A stretch of 45,722 nt of DNA, taken from assembly GCA_963923415.1 (NCBI GenBank), contig CAWUMW010000001.1:1-45722 (forward strand), written 5' to 3'. This DNA is from an uncultured Hyphomicrobiales bacterium. Its GTDB lineage: Bacteria; Pseudomonadota; Alphaproteobacteria; Rhizobiales; Beijerinckiaceae. The first letter of the stretch is position 1; each line of letters begins with the position of its first letter. Position numbers and translations under genes: made by a program. Positions 18,306 to 27,829 of the stretch are shown here, in pieces. Below the pieces are notes generated by a model, which saw only the letters and a list, made by a program, of their open reading frames with translations, ran no database searches and had not been told where the DNA came from.

Positions 18306-19304
18306 ATGGGCGCTTTGGCCGGTCAATTGGTCACTGTTTTTGGGGGATCAGGCTTTGTGGGTCGCCATGTTGTGCGGGCACTCGCAAAACGCGGATATCG
18401 GGTCAGAGTAGCCGTTCGGCGTCCTGATCTCGCTTATTTCTTGCAACCTTTAGGGGGCGTTGGGCAAATCCATGCCGTTCAAGCCAATTTGCGCCATGCC
18501 GCCTCAGTCGAGCAAGCGATGCGCGGATCGGATGCTGTCATTAATTTGGTTGGGATTTTATCGGAAAGCGGTAAACAGCGCTTTTCTACCATTCAAGCAG
18601 AGGGGGCGGCCCTTGTTGCCCGGACGGCGCGCGATTTGGGAATTTCCCGTTTCGTCCATCTCTCCGCTCTGGGCGCCGATCTCGAATCGGCAAGCGCCTA
18701 TGCCCGTTCGAAAGCGGAAGGCGAACGCGCCGTGCGCACCGCCATCAAAGACGCCGTGATTATCCGTCCTTCCATTATTTTTGGACCAGAAGACGGGTTT
18801 TTCAATCGATTCGCTGAATTAGCCACGATTTTGCCCGTTTTGCCACTAATCGGCGGCGGGACAACATTATTCCAACCCGTTTATGTCGGCGATGTGGCCG
18901 AAGTCGTAGCCCGCGCAGTGGACCAATCGATCAAAACCGGGACGATTTATGAACTTGGTGGTCCTGAAACAAAAAGTTTTGAAGATCTGCTGCATTTTAT
19001 CATGCAGACCATTGATCATCATCCCATGCTGGTCCCTTTACCGTTTAAAATTGCACGGTTCCAAGCCGGACTGATGGAATTTGCCAAATATGCCAGCTTC
19101 GGCTTGCTGCCTGAAGAATTTCTGATGACACGCGATCAGGTCACCTTGCTTGAGCATGATAATATCGTGTCTGAAAAAGCTCACATTGAAGGACGCACGC
19201 TGCAAAGTCTCGGAATGACGCCTGAAAGTATTGAGGCCATTGTCCCGACTTATTTATGGCGGTTCCTCAAAGGCGGCCAGTTTGCATCTGGACGGTATGC
19301 CTGA
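18306..19304 (+). CDS. NAD(P)-dependent epimerase/dehydratase family protein (complex I NDUFA9-like)
   Basis: Trimmed to the ATG at 18306, preceded by AGGAGA. Rossmann motif VFGGSGFVGRHV. About 332 aa, with the overall NDUFA9/NmrA-like layout common in alphaproteobacteria. Confidence 0.8.
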   Translation: MGALAGQLVTVFGGSGFVGRHVVRALAKRGYRVRVAVRRPDLAYFLQPLGGVGQIHAVQANLRHAASVEQAMRGSDAVINLVGILSESGKQRFSTIQAEGAALVARTARDLGISRFVHLSALGADLESASAYARSKAEGERAVRTAIKDAVIIRPSIIFGPEDGFFNRFAELATILPVLPLIGGGTTLFQPVYVGDVAEVVARAVDQSIKTGTIYELGGPETKSFEDLLHFIMQTIDHHPMLVPLPFKIARFQAGLMEFAKYASFGLLPEEFLMTRDQVTLLEHDNIVSEKAHIEGRTLQSLGMTPESIEAIVPTYLWRFLKGGQFASGRYA

Positions 19305-19354
19305 GGCAATAGCCCACAGGCCAACCACGCCTTTTTAGTCAATCATGCTCTAGA

Positions 19355-20053
19355 CTAAGCTGCTGTGCGACGCGCATCGCGCAGCAGTAAGGCCTTATGC
19401 ACATGCACCATTAAAATGGTCGCAAAAAGCGGCGTAAATAAATTTAACAGCGGAATCGATACAAAAAAAGCCAATAGCCCGCCGCACAACAAAAGAGTTA
19501 ATCGATAGCGGCGTCCCAATGTGGTCACATGATCCGCATCTGCAAACCGACCCGCCGCTAAAGCAAAATATTCTCGGCCCATCAAAAGCGCATTGGCGAT
19601 AAAAAAGACAATCATATTCACGCCCGGTAATAAAAACACCATCAGCGCGAGCAAATTGACCCCTAAGGTCAGAATGGCAAATCGAAGCCCTTCTGCCAAA
19701 GCGCGTTTCAAGGGCACCGCTTGGCCCAGTGGATCGTCTGGATAGTCCAGTTTTTCAACCGTTTCGGCAATTTCATCGAGGAAAAAACTAGACACCAACA
19801 TCGAAACTGTCGGGATAAAATAGGCCAACCCAATAAAGAGCCCGGCACTGGCTAACAAACTAGCCAAGTGGCCTAAAAATCCATGCTCAACAGCCAGACT
19901 CTGTTGCTCCAGCCACATATTGAGACCTTTGGTCAGTAGGCCCCACATCACAGCCAACAGAACAAATGTTAAGCCCAGACTGCGCCACAGCAGAGACCGA
20001 AAATGCGATGAAAAAGTCTGCCCCAACGCTGTGATGGCCGCATGAAACAGCAT
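19355..20053 (-). CDS. EI24/CysZ-like integral membrane protein
   Basis: About 232 aa with 4-5 hydrophobic segments and a CysZ/EI24-like pattern (FLDEIAETVE..., REYFALAA). ATG at 20053 is preceded by GAGAGGAAAGAGAGAG; the track start is GTG. Confidence 0.6.
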   Translation of the reverse strand: MLFHAAITALGQTFSSHFRSLLWRSLGLTFVLLAVMWGLLTKGLNMWLEQQSLAVEHGFLGHLASLLASAGLFIGLAYFIPTVSMLVSSFFLDEIAETVEKLDYPDDPLGQAVPLKRALAEGLRFAILTLGVNLLALMVFLLPGVNMIVFFIANALLMGREYFALAAGRFADADHVTTLGRRYRLTLLLCGGLLAFFVSIPLLNLFTPLFATILMVHVHKALLLRDARRTAA

Positions 20054-20078
20054 CTCTCTCTTTCCTCTCACAACCCAT

Positions 20079-20106
20079 CAAAAATAAACACGCTTCGCAT
20101 CGAAGC
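20079..20106 (-). terminator. Intrinsic terminator after the GMC oxidoreductase gene
   Basis: Minus strand reads GCTTCG-ATG-CGAAGC followed by GTGTTTATTTTTG, 42 nt after the stop. Confidence 0.6.
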
Positions 20107-20147
20107 CGCACCTTTTAAAAGAAGCGTCTATACGTCACCCGTTGAGT

Positions 20148-21788
20148 TTACCCTTGAGCCAATCGGGCTTCTTCAAGAATCATGGCAGCACCTTTTTCGG
20201 CAATCATCATCGTGGGGGCTGCTGTATTGCCCGACGTGATGAATGGCATCACCGATGCATCGATCACGCGCAAACCGCTTAAGCCGCGCACGCGCAAACG
20301 TTCATCAACAACCGCCATCCCATCATGATCGGCACCCATCTTGGCGGTGCCCACCGGATGGAAAATCGTTGAGGCCACAGCCCCCGCTCCGATTGCCAAA
20401 TCTTCATCGCTCACCAAATGGGCGCCAGGCCGATATTCTTGCGGTTGAAAAGGCGCTAATGCAGGTTGGCTGACCACATGACGAATAACCCGCAAAGCAT
20501 CGGCTGCAATTTTTCGATCCGCTTCCGCAGATAAATAATGGGGCGCGATCCGCGGAGGGCGTTTCGGATCGGGGCTTTCCAGCATGACCTGCCCACGACT
20601 TTCAGGTCTTAAATTACACACGCTGGCGGTAAAGGCTCCAAAACTATGTAAAGGATCACCAAACTTATCCAAAGACAAAGGCTGAATGTGAAATTGAAGA
20701 TTGGGGCGCGCTTGATCGGGTGATGACCGGGTAAAGGCACCCAATTGCGATGGCGCCATTGTCAAAGGGCCACGCCGAAATAACAGATATTCCAAGCCCA
20801 TCATGGCGCGATTCAGCAAAGATTTATATTCAGTATTCAGTGTTTTAACCCCGGATACTTTATAAATAGGCCTGATTTGCAAATGATCTTGCAAATTCGC
20901 GCCCACCCCGGGCAGATCCGCAATCACCGGAATACCGTTTTTGCGTAACTCATCCGCTGGCCCCAGACCGGACAATTGCAAGAGATGGGGGGAATTAATA
21001 GCCCCTGCGCTCAAGATCACCTCATGTCCCGCCCGGATCTCCTGCACCGGACCATTTTTATACCGGGCCACAACAGCCGAGGCCCGTCCGTGTTCGATCA
21101 GAATTTTTTCAACCGTCACATCGGTTTGGACAACCAAATTGGGGCGATTGAGGATAGGCTTGATAAAGCCCCGCGCTGCGCTGTAACGCCGCCCATTTTT
21201 CTGATTAACATGGAAATAACCACAGCCGTGATTATCGCCGCGATTAAAGTCATCGGTGCGGGGAATACCGGCCTGTTCCGCTGCCTCGATAAAACGGTCC
21301 AATAAATCCCATGTCACACGCGGTGGCTCAATCCGCCATTCACCACCGGCACCATGCATCTCTCCGTCGGGCCTAAAATGATCTTCATGCTTCTTAAAAT
21401 AGGGCAAAATCTCATCCCAGCCCCATCCATTTAGTCCCAAAGAGCGCCAGCGATCATAATCTTCCTTCTGGCCGCGCATATAAATCATAGCATTGATCGC
21501 CGAACAGCCACCTAAAACCCGGCCCCGTGGATAAGCGATCGTGCGCCCGCCTAAGCCTGTTTCGGAGGCCGTTTTAAACATCCAATCTGCGCGCGGATTA
21601 CCAATGGCAAATAAATAACCCACCGGAATATGAAACCAGATCCAATGATCATTGCCGCCCGCTTCAAGCAGCAAGACACGATTTCGTGGATCGGCGGACA
21701 GACGATTGGCCAGCACACATCCCGCCGATCCGGCCCCGATAATGATATAATCAAAGTGATCGCCTTCAAAAATGGGCTGTTCGGTCAT
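20148..21788 (-). CDS. GMC-family FAD-dependent oxidoreductase (choline/alcohol dehydrogenase-like)
   Basis: Trimmed to the ATG at 21788. FAD-binding motif [22 protein letters not shown] signature [11 protein letters not shown], and C-terminal HPVGTAKMG. Substrate not inferable. Confidence 0.9.
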   Translation of the reverse strand: MTEQPIFEGDHFDYIIIGAGSAGCVLANRLSADPRNRVLLLEAGGNDHWIWFHIPVGYLFAIGNPRADWMFKTASETGLGGRTIAYPRGRVLGGCSAINAMIYMRGQKEDYDRWRSLGLNGWGWDEILPYFKKHEDHFRPDGEMHGAGGEWRIEPPRVTWDLLDRFIEAAEQAGIPRTDDFNRGDNHGCGYFHVNQKNGRRYSAARGFIKPILNRPNLVVQTDVTVEKILIEHGRASAVVARYKNGPVQEIRAGHEVILSAGAINSPHLLQLSGLGPADELRKNGIPVIADLPGVGANLQDHLQIRPIYKVSGVKTLNTEYKSLLNRAMMGLEYLLFRRGPLTMAPSQLGAFTRSSPDQARPNLQFHIQPLSLDKFGDPLHSFGAFTASVCNLRPESRGQVMLESPDPKRPPRIAPHYLSAEADRKIAADALRVIRHVVSQPALAPFQPQEYRPGAHLVSDEDLAIGAGAVASTIFHPVGTAKMGADHDGMAVVDERLRVRGLSGLRVIDASVMPFITSGNTAAPTMMIAEKGAAMILEEARLAQG

Positions 21789-21981
21789 GTGGTTTCCGGT
21801 TCCTGTCATGGTGCATCGCAAGCTCGGCAATCCAAAATGCTTTTAATGGTATTAAACCCAAAATAGATAAACAAAGCACGCCTTAATCCACGCCACTCTC
21901 GTCTTTCTTCGCTCTGTTTTCCACGTAGCCCCTCTTTTTATTCAAATAAGGATCAAAAGCCCGAATCAACAGGCTTAGCCG

Positions 21982-22010
21982 TTGCATTCAGGCCAGGAAA
22001 TGACTATAAG
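21982..22010 (+). promoter_or_regulatory. Sigma-70-like promoter upstream of rpmI
   Basis: TTGCAT-N17-TATAAG read directly, 128 nt upstream of the rpmI ATG. Confidence 0.45.
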
Positions 22011-22020
22011 CCCCAACTTA

Positions 22021-22057
22021 CCCGACCGGCTGATAAGGGCTGCCGTGGCGGGTTTTT
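22021..22057 (+). terminator. Terminator-like hairpin plus T5 inside the rpmI upstream region (candidate attenuator or sRNA terminator)
   Basis: CCCGACCGGC-N11-GCCGTGGCGGG forms about 12 bp with small bulges, followed by TTTTT. No plus-strand gene lies upstream that it could terminate. Confidence 0.55.
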
Positions 22058-22137
22058 CGCTCATGAAGAGAGAAAATGCCCCGAAATGGGCATAAATTGT
22101 TAATTTTCTGGATTTTTCCGGAGCAATGGAGAGCAAA

Positions 22138-22338
22138 ATGCCCAAGATTAAGACGAAGTCGGCCGCCAAAAAGCGGTTCAAAATCACGGGAACCGGTAAG
22201 GTTCTTTATGCGCAAGCCGGCAAACGCCATGGCATGATCAAGCGCACCAATAAGCAAATCCGCAATTTGCGTGGCACCAACGTCCTGTTTGAGGGCGATG
22301 CGGCCAATGTAAAGAAATATTTCCTGCCCAACGGCTGA
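22138..22338 (+). CDS. rpmI: 50S ribosomal protein L35
   Basis: [22 protein letters not shown]..., 66 aa. Trimmed from the track start at 22126. Confidence 0.97.
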   Translation: MPKIKTKSAAKKRFKITGTGKVLYAQAGKRHGMIKRTNKQIRNLRGTNVLFEGDAANVKKYFLPNG

Positions 22339-22378
22339 TCGCCCGGGCTTTGAAGACGAACCAGCAAGGAGATCAGCC

Positions 22379-22759
22379 ATGGCTCGCGTTAAACGGGGCG
22401 TAACCTCACACGCCAAACACAAAAAGACCTTAAAAGCCGCCAAAGGTTTTTATGGCCGCCGCAAAAATACCATCCGGACCGCCAAAGCGGCCGTTGATCG
22501 GGCAATGCAATATGCAACGCGCGATCGCAAAAACAAAAAGCGCACCATTCGCGCTTTGTGGATCCAACGCCTGAACGCCGCTGTGCGGGAACATGGCTTG
22601 GTGTATTCACGGTTCATCGACGGCCTCAACAAAGCCGGTATTGAGGTGGATCGGAAAGTTCTGTCCGATCTCGCTATCAGCCAGCCAGAGGCTTTTGCAG
22701 CGCTGGTGGCCAAAGCCAAAAGCTTTGCCAGCTCCCCCGCTGCAGCGGCGCACGCCTAA
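22379..22759 (+). CDS. rplT: 50S ribosomal protein L20
   Basis: [30 protein letters not shown]..., 126 aa, 40 nt after rpmI. Confidence 0.97.
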   Translation: MARVKRGVTSHAKHKKTLKAAKGFYGRRKNTIRTAKAAVDRAMQYATRDRKNKKRTIRALWIQRLNAAVREHGLVYSRFIDGLNKAGIEVDRKVLSDLAISQPEAFAALVAKAKSFASSPAAAAHA

Positions 22760-22785
22760 TCCCGCTTGGATCTTTTTTCGCATCT

Positions 22786-22811
22786 AAACCCCGCTTCGGC
22801 GGGGTTTTTTA
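22786..22811 (+). terminator. Intrinsic terminator after rplT
   Basis: AAACCCCGC-TTCG-GCGGGGTTTTTT, a GC stem with a tetraloop and a T6 run, 27 nt after the rplT stop. Confidence 0.85.
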
Positions 22812-22824
22812 TTGATCCCACAAA

Positions 22825-22853
22825 TTGACACAGGCTGGGCTCTCCCTGATACT
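22825..22853 (+). promoter_or_regulatory. Sigma-70-like promoter for the DinB-family gene (possibly also pheS-pheT)
   Basis: TTGACA-N17-GATACT read directly, 28 nt before the ATG, which has a GGGAGAG SD. Confidence 0.5.
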
Positions 22854-22880
22854 CTTCTATAAGCAACCGGGAGAGAGCGA

Positions 22881-23402
22881 ATGATCACGCCCGCTTATGT
22901 GCAGATGATGGCGCAGTATAATCAATGGCAGAACAATAACCTCTATAAAGCCGCCGCAACGCTTGATGATCATATTCGAAAACAGGAGAGCGGGGCCTGG
23001 TTTGGTTCGATCCACGCCACTTTTAATCATGTCATCTGGGCAGACCGCTATTGGCTGTATCGGTTTACAGGCTCAGAAAAGCCCAAAGGCGGCATGGCCG
23101 AATCCCGGTTTATCTATGATGACTTTAATGACTTACATGCTGCCCGCCTCGCGCTCGACAACATCATTCTCAATTGGGCCCATGCTGTTGAACACGACTG
23201 GCTGATTTCCGATCTTTCATGGTTTTCAGGAAGCAAACAGGTGACCGTGTCACGGCCCATGGCACAAGCGGTGACACATTTTTTCAACCACCAGACCCAT
23301 CATCGGGGCCAGATCCATGCATTACTAACCCGCTTCAGTGCAAAACCGCATGATACAGACCTGATTTTTATGACGATGGATGACATAAACTCCCTTGCCT
23401 AG
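22881..23402 (+). CDS. DinB-family (four-helix-bundle, metal-binding) protein
   Basis: 173 aa. His-containing DinB-like motifs IHATFNHVIWADRYW and FFNHQTHHRGQIHALL. Confidence 0.7.
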   Translation: MITPAYVQMMAQYNQWQNNNLYKAAATLDDHIRKQESGAWFGSIHATFNHVIWADRYWLYRFTGSEKPKGGMAESRFIYDDFNDLHAARLALDNIILNWAHAVEHDWLISDLSWFSGSKQVTVSRPMAQAVTHFFNHQTHHRGQIHALLTRFSAKPHDTDLIFMTMDDINSLA

Positions 23403-23567
23403 CCAAAAGGACCGCGGAACTTAACCGCACTTTGGTCTTTGTTCACCCTGTCTGCCAATGTCTGACCAGTTATGTCGCGGTTGCTCTCGACAGGGGACCC
23501 CATTCATGGCAAAAGCCCGCATTCCTTGATGATGGCGGGGCGATTTGAAGCATTTTCTGGCGGATCG

Positions 23568-24653
23568 ATGATGAGTGACTTAACCCAATTGCAAGATGCG
23601 CTACTCCAAGCAATAGCCCAAGCTCAAGACGAGGCTGCGTTGGAAACGGTTCGGATCGCCGCCCTTGGCAAAGCGGGATCAATTTCTGCTCTGCTCAAGT
23701 CATTGGGGGGCATGACACCGGAACAGCGAAAAGAAAAAGGCCCACAAATCAATGGGCTGCGCGATGTCGTCAATGAGGCCCTGCTGGCGCGCAAAACCTT
23801 GCTCAAGGATGCGGCTCTTGACGCCCGGCTCCAGACAGAGCGTTGCGATGTCTCCTTGCCGGTTCCTGAAAGCATGACCGGACGCGGTCGGATTCATCCG
23901 ATCAGCCAAGTGATCGAAGAACTCACCGTTATTTTCGCCGATATGGGTTTTTCAGTTGCGGAAGGGCCGGATATTGAAACGGATTTTTATAATTTTACCG
24001 CTTTGAACTTTCCAATCGGCCATCCTGCACGTGAAATGCATGACACATTCTTCTTTTCACCTGATGCGGATGGAGAGCGCAAATTACTGCGCACCCATAC
24101 GAGTCCGGTGCAAATCCGCACGATGATGAGCCAAAAGCCACCGATTCGCGTGATTATCCCCGGGCGCACTTATCGCTGCGATTCTGACCAAACCCACACA
24201 CCCATGTTCCATCAGGTCGAGGGATTGGTGATCGACAAAGGATCGCATCTGGGTCACCTGAAATGGATTTTAGCTGAATTCTGCAAAGCCTTTTTTGAAG
24301 TTGACGATGTCAAAATGCGGTCTCGGCCGTCTTTCTTCCCCTTCACCGAACCTTCGATGGAAGTTGATATTCAGTGCTCCCGCAAAGGAGGCGAAATCCG
24401 CTTTGGTGAAGGTGATGATTGGTTAGAAATTTTAGGCTGCGGCATGGTTCATCCCAATGTTATCCGCCATTGTGGTCTTGATCCCGATGAATATCAGGGC
24501 TTTGCTTGGGGGATGGGCATTGATCGGATTGCCATGTTGAAATATGGCATGCCCGACCTGCGCCCGTTCTTTGAAGCCGATATCCGTTGGCTGTCCCATT
24601 ATGGGTTCCGCCCGCTCGATTTGCCGACTCTGGCTGGCGGCTTGAGCGTGTGA
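23568..24653 (+). CDS. pheS: Phenylalanine--tRNA ligase alpha subunit
   Basis: Trimmed to the ATG at 23568 (about 361 aa). Class II motifs include [21 protein letters not shown] and FTEPS.EVD; the C-terminus reads [13 protein letters not shown]. Confidence 0.96.
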   Translation: MMSDLTQLQDALLQAIAQAQDEAALETVRIAALGKAGSISALLKSLGGMTPEQRKEKGPQINGLRDVVNEALLARKTLLKDAALDARLQTERCDVSLPVPESMTGRGRIHPISQVIEELTVIFADMGFSVAEGPDIETDFYNFTALNFPIGHPAREMHDTFFFSPDADGERKLLRTHTSPVQIRTMMSQKPPIRVIIPGRTYRCDSDQTHTPMFHQVEGLVIDKGSHLGHLKWILAEFCKAFFEVDDVKMRSRPSFFPFTEPSMEVDIQCSRKGGEIRFGEGDDWLEILGCGMVHPNVIRHCGLDPDEYQGFAWGMGIDRIAMLKYGMPDLRPFFEADIRWLSHYGFRPLDLPTLAGGLSV

Positions 24654-24663
24654 GGAGGCAACG

Positions 24664-27087
24664 ATGAAATTTACCCTCAACTGGCTCAAAGATCATCTTG
24701 ATACGCAGGCTTCGCTTGAAGACATCGTCGACGCGCTGACCCGTGTTGGTCTCGAAGTGGAAGGGGTCGAAGATCCCCGTGCCGTTCTCGCCCCTTATAA
24801 AGTGGTGCATGTGATCTCGGCGGAACAGCACCCCAATGCTGATCGTCTGCGAGTCTGCATGGTCGATCAAGGGGACGGCAAAGCTATACAAGTTGTTTGC
24901 GGCGCACCGAATGCGCGCGGCGGTATGAAAAGTGTGTTCTCACCACCAGGCACCTTCATACCCGGAAAAAATATCACGCTGGGCGTCGGTACGATTCGCG
25001 GTGTTGAAAGCGCCGGCATGCTGTGCTCGGCCTTCGAACTGGGTCTCTCCAATGACCATGACGGAATTATTGATCTGCCGGCAGATGCGCCGATTGGCAT
25101 GGCCTATGCTGATTATGCAGGATTAGATGATCCGGTCATCGATGTTGCGATTACCCCGAACCGTTCGGATGCGTTGAGCGTTTACGGGATCGCTCGCGAT
25201 TTGGCCGCGGCGGGTCTGGGAACATTGAAACGCAAAATTATTGCCGAGATCCCTGCACAGGAATCTTGTGCTGTTTCAGTGTCTTTAGATTTTACTGACG
25301 CCGATCAGCATTTGGTGCCAGCCTTTGCCTTGCGTCGTATTCGTGGCGTTAAAAATGGCCCAAGCCCCGATTGGATGCAACGGCGTTTGAAAGCGATCGG
25401 TCTGCGCCCGATCAATGCGCTGGTCGATATGACCAATTATCTGACCTTTGATTTTGGTCGCCCTTTACACGTGTTTGATGCCGCTAAAGTTCACGGTGCT
25501 TTGCATGTTCGTTTTGCCCGGGAGGGGGAAACAATCCACGCCCTTGATGGAAAGACGCATGCCCTTCAGCCCGGAATGGTTGTGATTGCTGATGACAAAA
25601 ATGTGGAATCCATCGCCGGAATTATGGGCGGCGAACAATCGGGCTGCGACGATAAAACCACCGATGTCTTGATTGAATCAGCCTTATGGGATCCTCTTAA
25701 TATCGCCCAATCCGGCCGCAAGCTCGGTATCAATACCGATGCACGCTACCGCTTTGAACGCGGTGTTGATCCTGCCTTTTGTTTACCCGGATTACAATAT
25801 GCGACCCAACTTGTATTGGATCTGTGTGGCGGAACGCCAAGTGAGATTGTGCTGGCAGGCAAAATTCCGCAACCTGAACATCGGGTTTCATTTCCGCTCA
25901 CCGAAGTTGAGCGCTTAACGGGTCTGCATGTCGAGCCCGCACAACAATGCTCTATCCTTGAAAACTTGGGCTTTATGGTTTCTGGTAGCGGGACCAGTCG
26001 CGAAGTGCGGGTGCCGAGCTGGCGTCCAGACATTGAAGGAAAAGCTGATCTGGTCGAAGAAGTCGTCCGGATCGTTGGTATTGACCATGTCCTGCCAGTA
26101 CCGTTTCAACGTCAACCCCAAACAGTTGCAAAACCTGTTCTGACACTCATTCAAAAACGCACGCGTTTAGCCCGCAGAGCTTTAGCCGCACGCGGCATGG
26201 TCGAAGCTGTAACATGGTCTTTCATCAGCCATGAAGAAGCACGTTTATTTGGCGGTGGCAGTGAAGCACTTGTGCTGGCCAATCCGATTGCTGCTGACCT
26301 TTCAACCATGCGGCCCAGTCTTTTACCCGGCTTGATTAAAGCCGCCCAACGCAATGCTAATCGTGGTTTTCCAGATACGGCATTGTTTGAAGTGGGGCAG
26401 GTTTTTGCTGGCGACCAACCAGATGATCAAACAACCCATGCCACAGCCCTTCGCCGTGCCGATGCCCGTCCGCATTATCCCGGACGACATTGGGCCTCAT
26501 CCCATACGCCGGTTGATTTCTATGATGTCAAAGCCGATGTGATGGCCTTGCTTGAAACACTTGCAATTCCAACCGGCGGTTTGATGATCACACAAGGGGG
26601 GCCCTCTTATATGCATCCGGGTCGCTCCGCGACGTTGAAATTTGGGCCTAAAGCTGTGATTGGCTGCTTCGGCGAACTTCATCCGCGCTGCCTAGAAGCA
26701 CTCGATGCCAAAGGGCCTCTGATTGGTTTTGAAGTGTGCTTGGATCTCTTGCTTGCTCCAAAAAATAAAACCACCCGGATGAAAGCCAAATTGCAACTCT
26801 CCGACTTCCAGCCGGTTGAGCGCGATTTTGCGTTTGTTGTTGAAGAAAGCGTTCCGGCGGGTGATGTCTTGAAAGCTGCGCAAGCCGCAGATCGTCAGCT
26901 CATTCAAGATGTCACATTGTTTGATATTTATCGCGGACAAGGCATTGAAGCAGGGCATAAATCGCTGGCCATCAGCGTCACATTGCAACCGTTCGATAAG
27001 ACCTTAACCGATGCCGATATCGACACGCTTGCCCAAAAAATTATCGCCGAAGTGAAAAAGAAAACTGGCGCCCAACTCCGTCTGTAA
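24664..27087 (+). CDS. pheT: Phenylalanine--tRNA ligase beta subunit
   Basis: 807 aa starting MKFTLNWLKDHLD. tRNA-binding domain (HPNADRLRVC), then B3/4, B5 and FDX-ACB domains in the expected order. Confidence 0.97.
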   Translation: MKFTLNWLKDHLDTQASLEDIVDALTRVGLEVEGVEDPRAVLAPYKVVHVISAEQHPNADRLRVCMVDQGDGKAIQVVCGAPNARGGMKSVFSPPGTFIPGKNITLGVGTIRGVESAGMLCSAFELGLSNDHDGIIDLPADAPIGMAYADYAGLDDPVIDVAITPNRSDALSVYGIARDLAAAGLGTLKRKIIAEIPAQESCAVSVSLDFTDADQHLVPAFALRRIRGVKNGPSPDWMQRRLKAIGLRPINALVDMTNYLTFDFGRPLHVFDAAKVHGALHVRFAREGETIHALDGKTHALQPGMVVIADDKNVESIAGIMGGEQSGCDDKTTDVLIESALWDPLNIAQSGRKLGINTDARYRFERGVDPAFCLPGLQYATQLVLDLCGGTPSEIVLAGKIPQPEHRVSFPLTEVERLTGLHVEPAQQCSILENLGFMVSGSGTSREVRVPSWRPDIEGKADLVEEVVRIVGIDHVLPVPFQRQPQTVAKPVLTLIQKRTRLARRALAARGMVEAVTWSFISHEEARLFGGGSEALVLANPIAADLSTMRPSLLPGLIKAAQRNANRGFPDTALFEVGQVFAGDQPDDQTTHATALRRADARPHYPGRHWASSHTPVDFYDVKADVMALLETLAIPTGGLMITQGGPSYMHPGRSATLKFGPKAVIGCFGELHPRCLEALDAKGPLIGFEVCLDLLLAPKNKTTRMKAKLQLSDFQPVERDFAFVVEESVPAGDVLKAAQAADRQLIQDVTLFDIYRGQGIEAGHKSLAISVTLQPFDKTLTDADIDTLAQKIIAEVKKKTGAQLRL

Positions 27088-27117
27088 TGATTGAACTTAA
27101 AAGATTGGTTCGTTGAA

Positions 27118-27780
27118 ATGAAAAGTAATCGTTTTTGGTCACGCCGTGCTTTTTTATTGGGTGTGACATCTGCCTTAGCTGCGTGCCAAAGCGTGCCCAA
27201 TCCGCCAATTGAAACCTATCCAGAAGAGTTTGACGACAGCTGGTATATTGGCTCTATTCCCGACCAACCCTTTGATGTGCCGCTGGTGGACCGGACACGG
27301 ATGCGTCCTGAATTAATGCGCCAGACAGTTTCTTATACAGACAATGAAAAACCCGGCACGATCATCGTCAATATTGATGAACGCTTTCTCTATCTGATCC
27401 AATCTGATCACACTGCTTTACGTTATGGAATCGGGGTTGGACGGCAAGGATTTTCTTGGCGCGGCACGGCTGAAATTGGCCGCAAAGGTGTATGGCCCGA
27501 ATGGCGGCCAACAACAACGATGAAGCGGATTTTAAAAGGTCTGCCAGAACACATGGCGGGAGGCGTGGACAGCCCGCTTGGCGCGCGCGCTTTGTATCTT
27601 TATCAAAATGGTCATGACATTTTGTTTCGGATTCATGGCACCAATGAGCCTTGGTCCATTGGTGAACAAGTCTCCTCTGGCTGTATCCGAATGTTAAATG
27701 AAGACATTTATGATCTTTATAAACGCGTCAATACTGGAACCATCGTGAAAGTCCGCAAACGGGGCGGCTGGTTTAATTAA
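27118..27780 (+). CDS. L,D-transpeptidase (YkuD domain), probable Tat-exported lipoprotein
   Basis: Trimmed to the ATG at 27118, since the track start is TTG. Twin-arginine motif SRRAFLLG, lipobox LAAC, and catalytic region HGTNEPWSIGEQVSSGCIRM. Confidence 0.88.
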   Translation: MKSNRFWSRRAFLLGVTSALAACQSVPNPPIETYPEEFDDSWYIGSIPDQPFDVPLVDRTRMRPELMRQTVSYTDNEKPGTIIVNIDERFLYLIQSDHTALRYGIGVGRQGFSWRGTAEIGRKGVWPEWRPTTTMKRILKGLPEHMAGGVDSPLGARALYLYQNGHDILFRIHGTNEPWSIGEQVSSGCIRMLNEDIYDLYKRVNTGTIVKVRKRGGWFN

Positions 27781-27829
27781 GCTTGCAAGCGCAAAGCGCT
27801 TTTCCCCGCTTGATAATAAGAGCCAACTC

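Noticed and set aside
22018-22443. 141-aa minus-strand ORF covering the rpmI leader, rpmI and the rplT 5' end. Similar antisense ORFs occur elsewhere, e.g. 24460..24891 and 15823..16254.
   Set aside because: They lie antisense to strongly recognisable genes, have Arg/Ser/Cys-rich compositions typical of shadow frames, and match no recognisable motifs.
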